NCBI GenBank assembly: GCA_044229145.1
Contig: JBGATO010000081.1
Location: forward strand, 1-16,012
Direction of reading: 5' to 3'
From: Candidatus Eiseniibacteriota bacterium
Lineage (GTDB): Bacteria > Eisenbacteria > RBG-16-71-46 > CAZEPH01
Length of the DNA: 16,012 bases
Positions 14,162 to 16,012 of the stretch are shown here, in pieces. The position numbers and the translations under genes were made by a program. The notes under the pieces were generated by a model, which saw only the letters and a list, made by a program, of their open reading frames with translations, searched no databases and was not told where the DNA came from. Positions within the stretch are counted from its first letter, which is position 1, and the number at the start of each line of letters is the position of its first letter.

Positions 14162-15976
14162 CTAGGTGATGCGATAGCCGCCCATTTCGGTCGCGAAAAT
14201 CCACGCCACCACCGCGCCGATGCGGATGTCGGCGTGCGGATAGGCGTCGTGGGTGAGGCGGTCGCTCGCCCAGCCGTCGCCGCCGTCCACCACCGGCCCG
14301 CGCATGCGGCGGAAGCGTTCGATCCAGGTTTCCATGTTGCGCGGCCGCAGATCGATCCACGCGCGCTCAGCCCAGCGTTCGAGCTCGCCGCCCGCCAGCG
14401 AAACTTGCGGCGAGAGCGGGTTGTACTCCGGCAAGCGCAGCGCCGGCCCGCGCAGCAGCGTCTTGCCGTCCGGCGTGAGGGTCGGGATGCCGAGCGTCGC
14501 CGCGACGTTGACGACGTCGGACTGCATCGCCTCGTCGTACAAGTGCGCGCTCATCTCCTCGGGGGTGAGCGATTCGTGCCCGTCCTCGCCGAGTACCGCG
14601 GCGATGGTGCGGAAGCGCCGCGCGAACAGGTGCGACTCGTACAGCAACTTGGCGAGCTGCGGCGGCCCCAGCTTGCCGATCGCCACGCTCGGCACGCCGG
14701 TTTGCTCTTCGAGTTCCTCGACCGCGGTGAGGCCTTGGTGGCGCAGCAATCCCGCGCGGTACGACGGCCCGAGCACGCTCGAGTCGAGCGCGCCGATGAC
14801 GTCCTTGCCGGTGTTGGCGCCGCGCACTTCGAGTGTCACGAGATCGGCGATTTCCTCCGGCGTCACGTACTCCATCTGCCGCCACGCGGTGATCGCCTCG
14901 AACTCGCCGCGCGTGAAGAGGCCGTTCTCGCCGGTGTCGATGCACGGCAGCAACAACTGGCGCGGCGCGCCGTCCTCGCCGCGCAGGACATCGAGGTTGG
15001 TGCGCGGCGTGGTGTCGAGCGTGTCGCCGAGCCGCAGCGGATCCGCCTGGCGCACCGTGAAGACATCGGTCGCCGCCACCAGCTTGCCGCCTTCGTTCTT
15101 CCACACGCGGCCGCGGATCGGCTTGAGCGCGATCGTGCGGTAGCCGATCATCGCCGCCGGCTTGATCTCCTTGACGATCGGCATGCCCGGCGTGCGCGCC
15201 AGCAGGAAGAGCAATCCCGTGTGCGCGAAGCCCATCGCCGTCTTGGTCATCAGCGTGCCGCTCGGGCGATCCTCGCCGTGCGTGTACGGGATGTTGAGTC
15301 CCATGCCGCCCGTACCCGTGGTGCCGACCTTGACGTACACACGCACCGGCGCGCCGCCATCGCGCAGCTCACGGAAGGCACGTTCGAGCAAACGGACGTG
15401 GAGAATGAGCTGCGGCGTGCTGAGGCTGGCGATCAGGCGCTCCGCTTCGTCGGCGAGCGCGTGGGCTTGGCCGATGGCCGCGTCGTCGCCGCGCGCCGCC
15501 GCGTCGCGGAAGCGCTCGAGCAACGTGTCGGTGGTGCGCGATTGCGTCGGCACGTCCTGGTAGCTGATCGCCGTCGCCGTGTTCACCGTGTCGACCAGCA
15601 CCGCCGGCTGCACCGTCTTGAGCAGGCGCACCAGCGACGACGCCTCGAAGGCGCCGTCGAAGTCGACGTAGGTGTCGCGGAAGATCTCGCGGCGGATCGT
15701 CGCGTCGTCGCGGTTGCGGCTGCGCGGGGCGACCGTGTCGGCGACGTTGGCGAGATCGCCGCGGCCGAACACGTCGCCGTAGTAGCCATCGAGTTCGATG
15801 CCGGGCGCGAAGGGCTTGAGCCGCTCGAGGCCCGCCACCACTTCGTCGCGCCCGAGGGCGACGATGACGATCTTGCGCGGAGCGACTTCGGCGGCCATGC
15901 GGCGCGCGACTTGGAAGCCGACGAGGCCGCTGCCTCCGAGGAGGAGGACGGTGTCGCCGGCGGGAGTGGTTGTCAT
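14162..15976 (-). CDS. Uncharacterised protein with N-terminal NAD(P)-binding Rossmann motif (atypical SDR-like), about 604 aa
   Basis: VLLLGGSGLVG glycine-rich loop after a hydrophobic strand, GDV and LVDTVNTA SDR-like elements, second Gly-rich block KVGTTGTGGMGLNIPYTH, GC3-rich codons. Start set to ATG 15976 (TAAGGA upstream); the frame is open to the window edge. Confidence 0.75.
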   Translation of the reverse strand: MTTTPAGDTVLLLGGSGLVGFQVARRMAAEVAPRKIVIVALGRDEVVAGLERLKPFAPGIELDGYYGDVFGRGDLANVADTVAPRSRNRDDATIRREIFRDTYVDFDGAFEASSLVRLLKTVQPAVLVDTVNTATAISYQDVPTQSRTTDTLLERFRDAAARGDDAAIGQAHALADEAERLIASLSTPQLILHVRLLERAFRELRDGGAPVRVYVKVGTTGTGGMGLNIPYTHGEDRPSGTLMTKTAMGFAHTGLLFLLARTPGMPIVKEIKPAAMIGYRTIALKPIRGRVWKNEGGKLVAATDVFTVRQADPLRLGDTLDTTPRTNLDVLRGEDGAPRQLLLPCIDTGENGLFTRGEFEAITAWRQMEYVTPEEIADLVTLEVRGANTGKDVIGALDSSVLGPSYRAGLLRHQGLTAVEELEEQTGVPSVAIGKLGPPQLAKLLYESHLFARRFRTIAAVLGEDGHESLTPEEMSAHLYDEAMQSDVVNVAATLGIPTLTPDGKTLLRGPALRLPEYNPLSPQVSLAGGELERWAERAWIDLRPRNMETWIERFRRMRGPVVDGGDGWASDRLTHDAYPHADIRIGAVVAWIFATEMGGYRIT

Positions 15977-16012
15977 GAGGATCGAATTCCTTACGTTCGC
16001 CAACCCGAGCGA

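Noticed and set aside
15977..16012. Possible 3' end of an upstream gene (TAA at 15993-15991) or a longer N-terminus of the last CDS
   Set aside because: Only 36 nt are visible and cannot be resolved within this window.

Overview
High-GC (roughly 70% by eye), gene-dense bacterial window with 14 supportable CDSs and no tRNA, rRNA, CRISPR array or mobile element. From the right end, on the minus strand: an uncharacterised ~600-aa protein with an N-terminal Rossmann motif, a class I/II PLP aminotransferase and an ABC-2 exporter (ATPase plus permease). These converge on a plus-strand tandem pair of MaoC-like hydratases. A divergent minus-strand unit follows (KynB-like cyclase, membrane histidine kinase, stand-alone receiver), then a probable five-gene operon of two YbdK/GCS2 carboxylate-amine ligase paralogues and mlaEFD-like MCE transporter genes, bracketed by a sigma70-like promoter and an intrinsic terminator. 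Three observations stand out. (1) The first YbdK paralogue is full length but has lost most metal-, ATP- and substrate-binding residues, so it looks like a pseudoenzyme translationally coupled to an intact copy. (2) Two CCGTTCGTC repeats with a 12-bp spacer lie upstream of the ABC exporter promoter and match the LytTR/AlgR box. (3) Both MaoC paralogues carry a shared N-terminal CxxCxxxH module. All calls rest on motif reading by eye; no database search was run.
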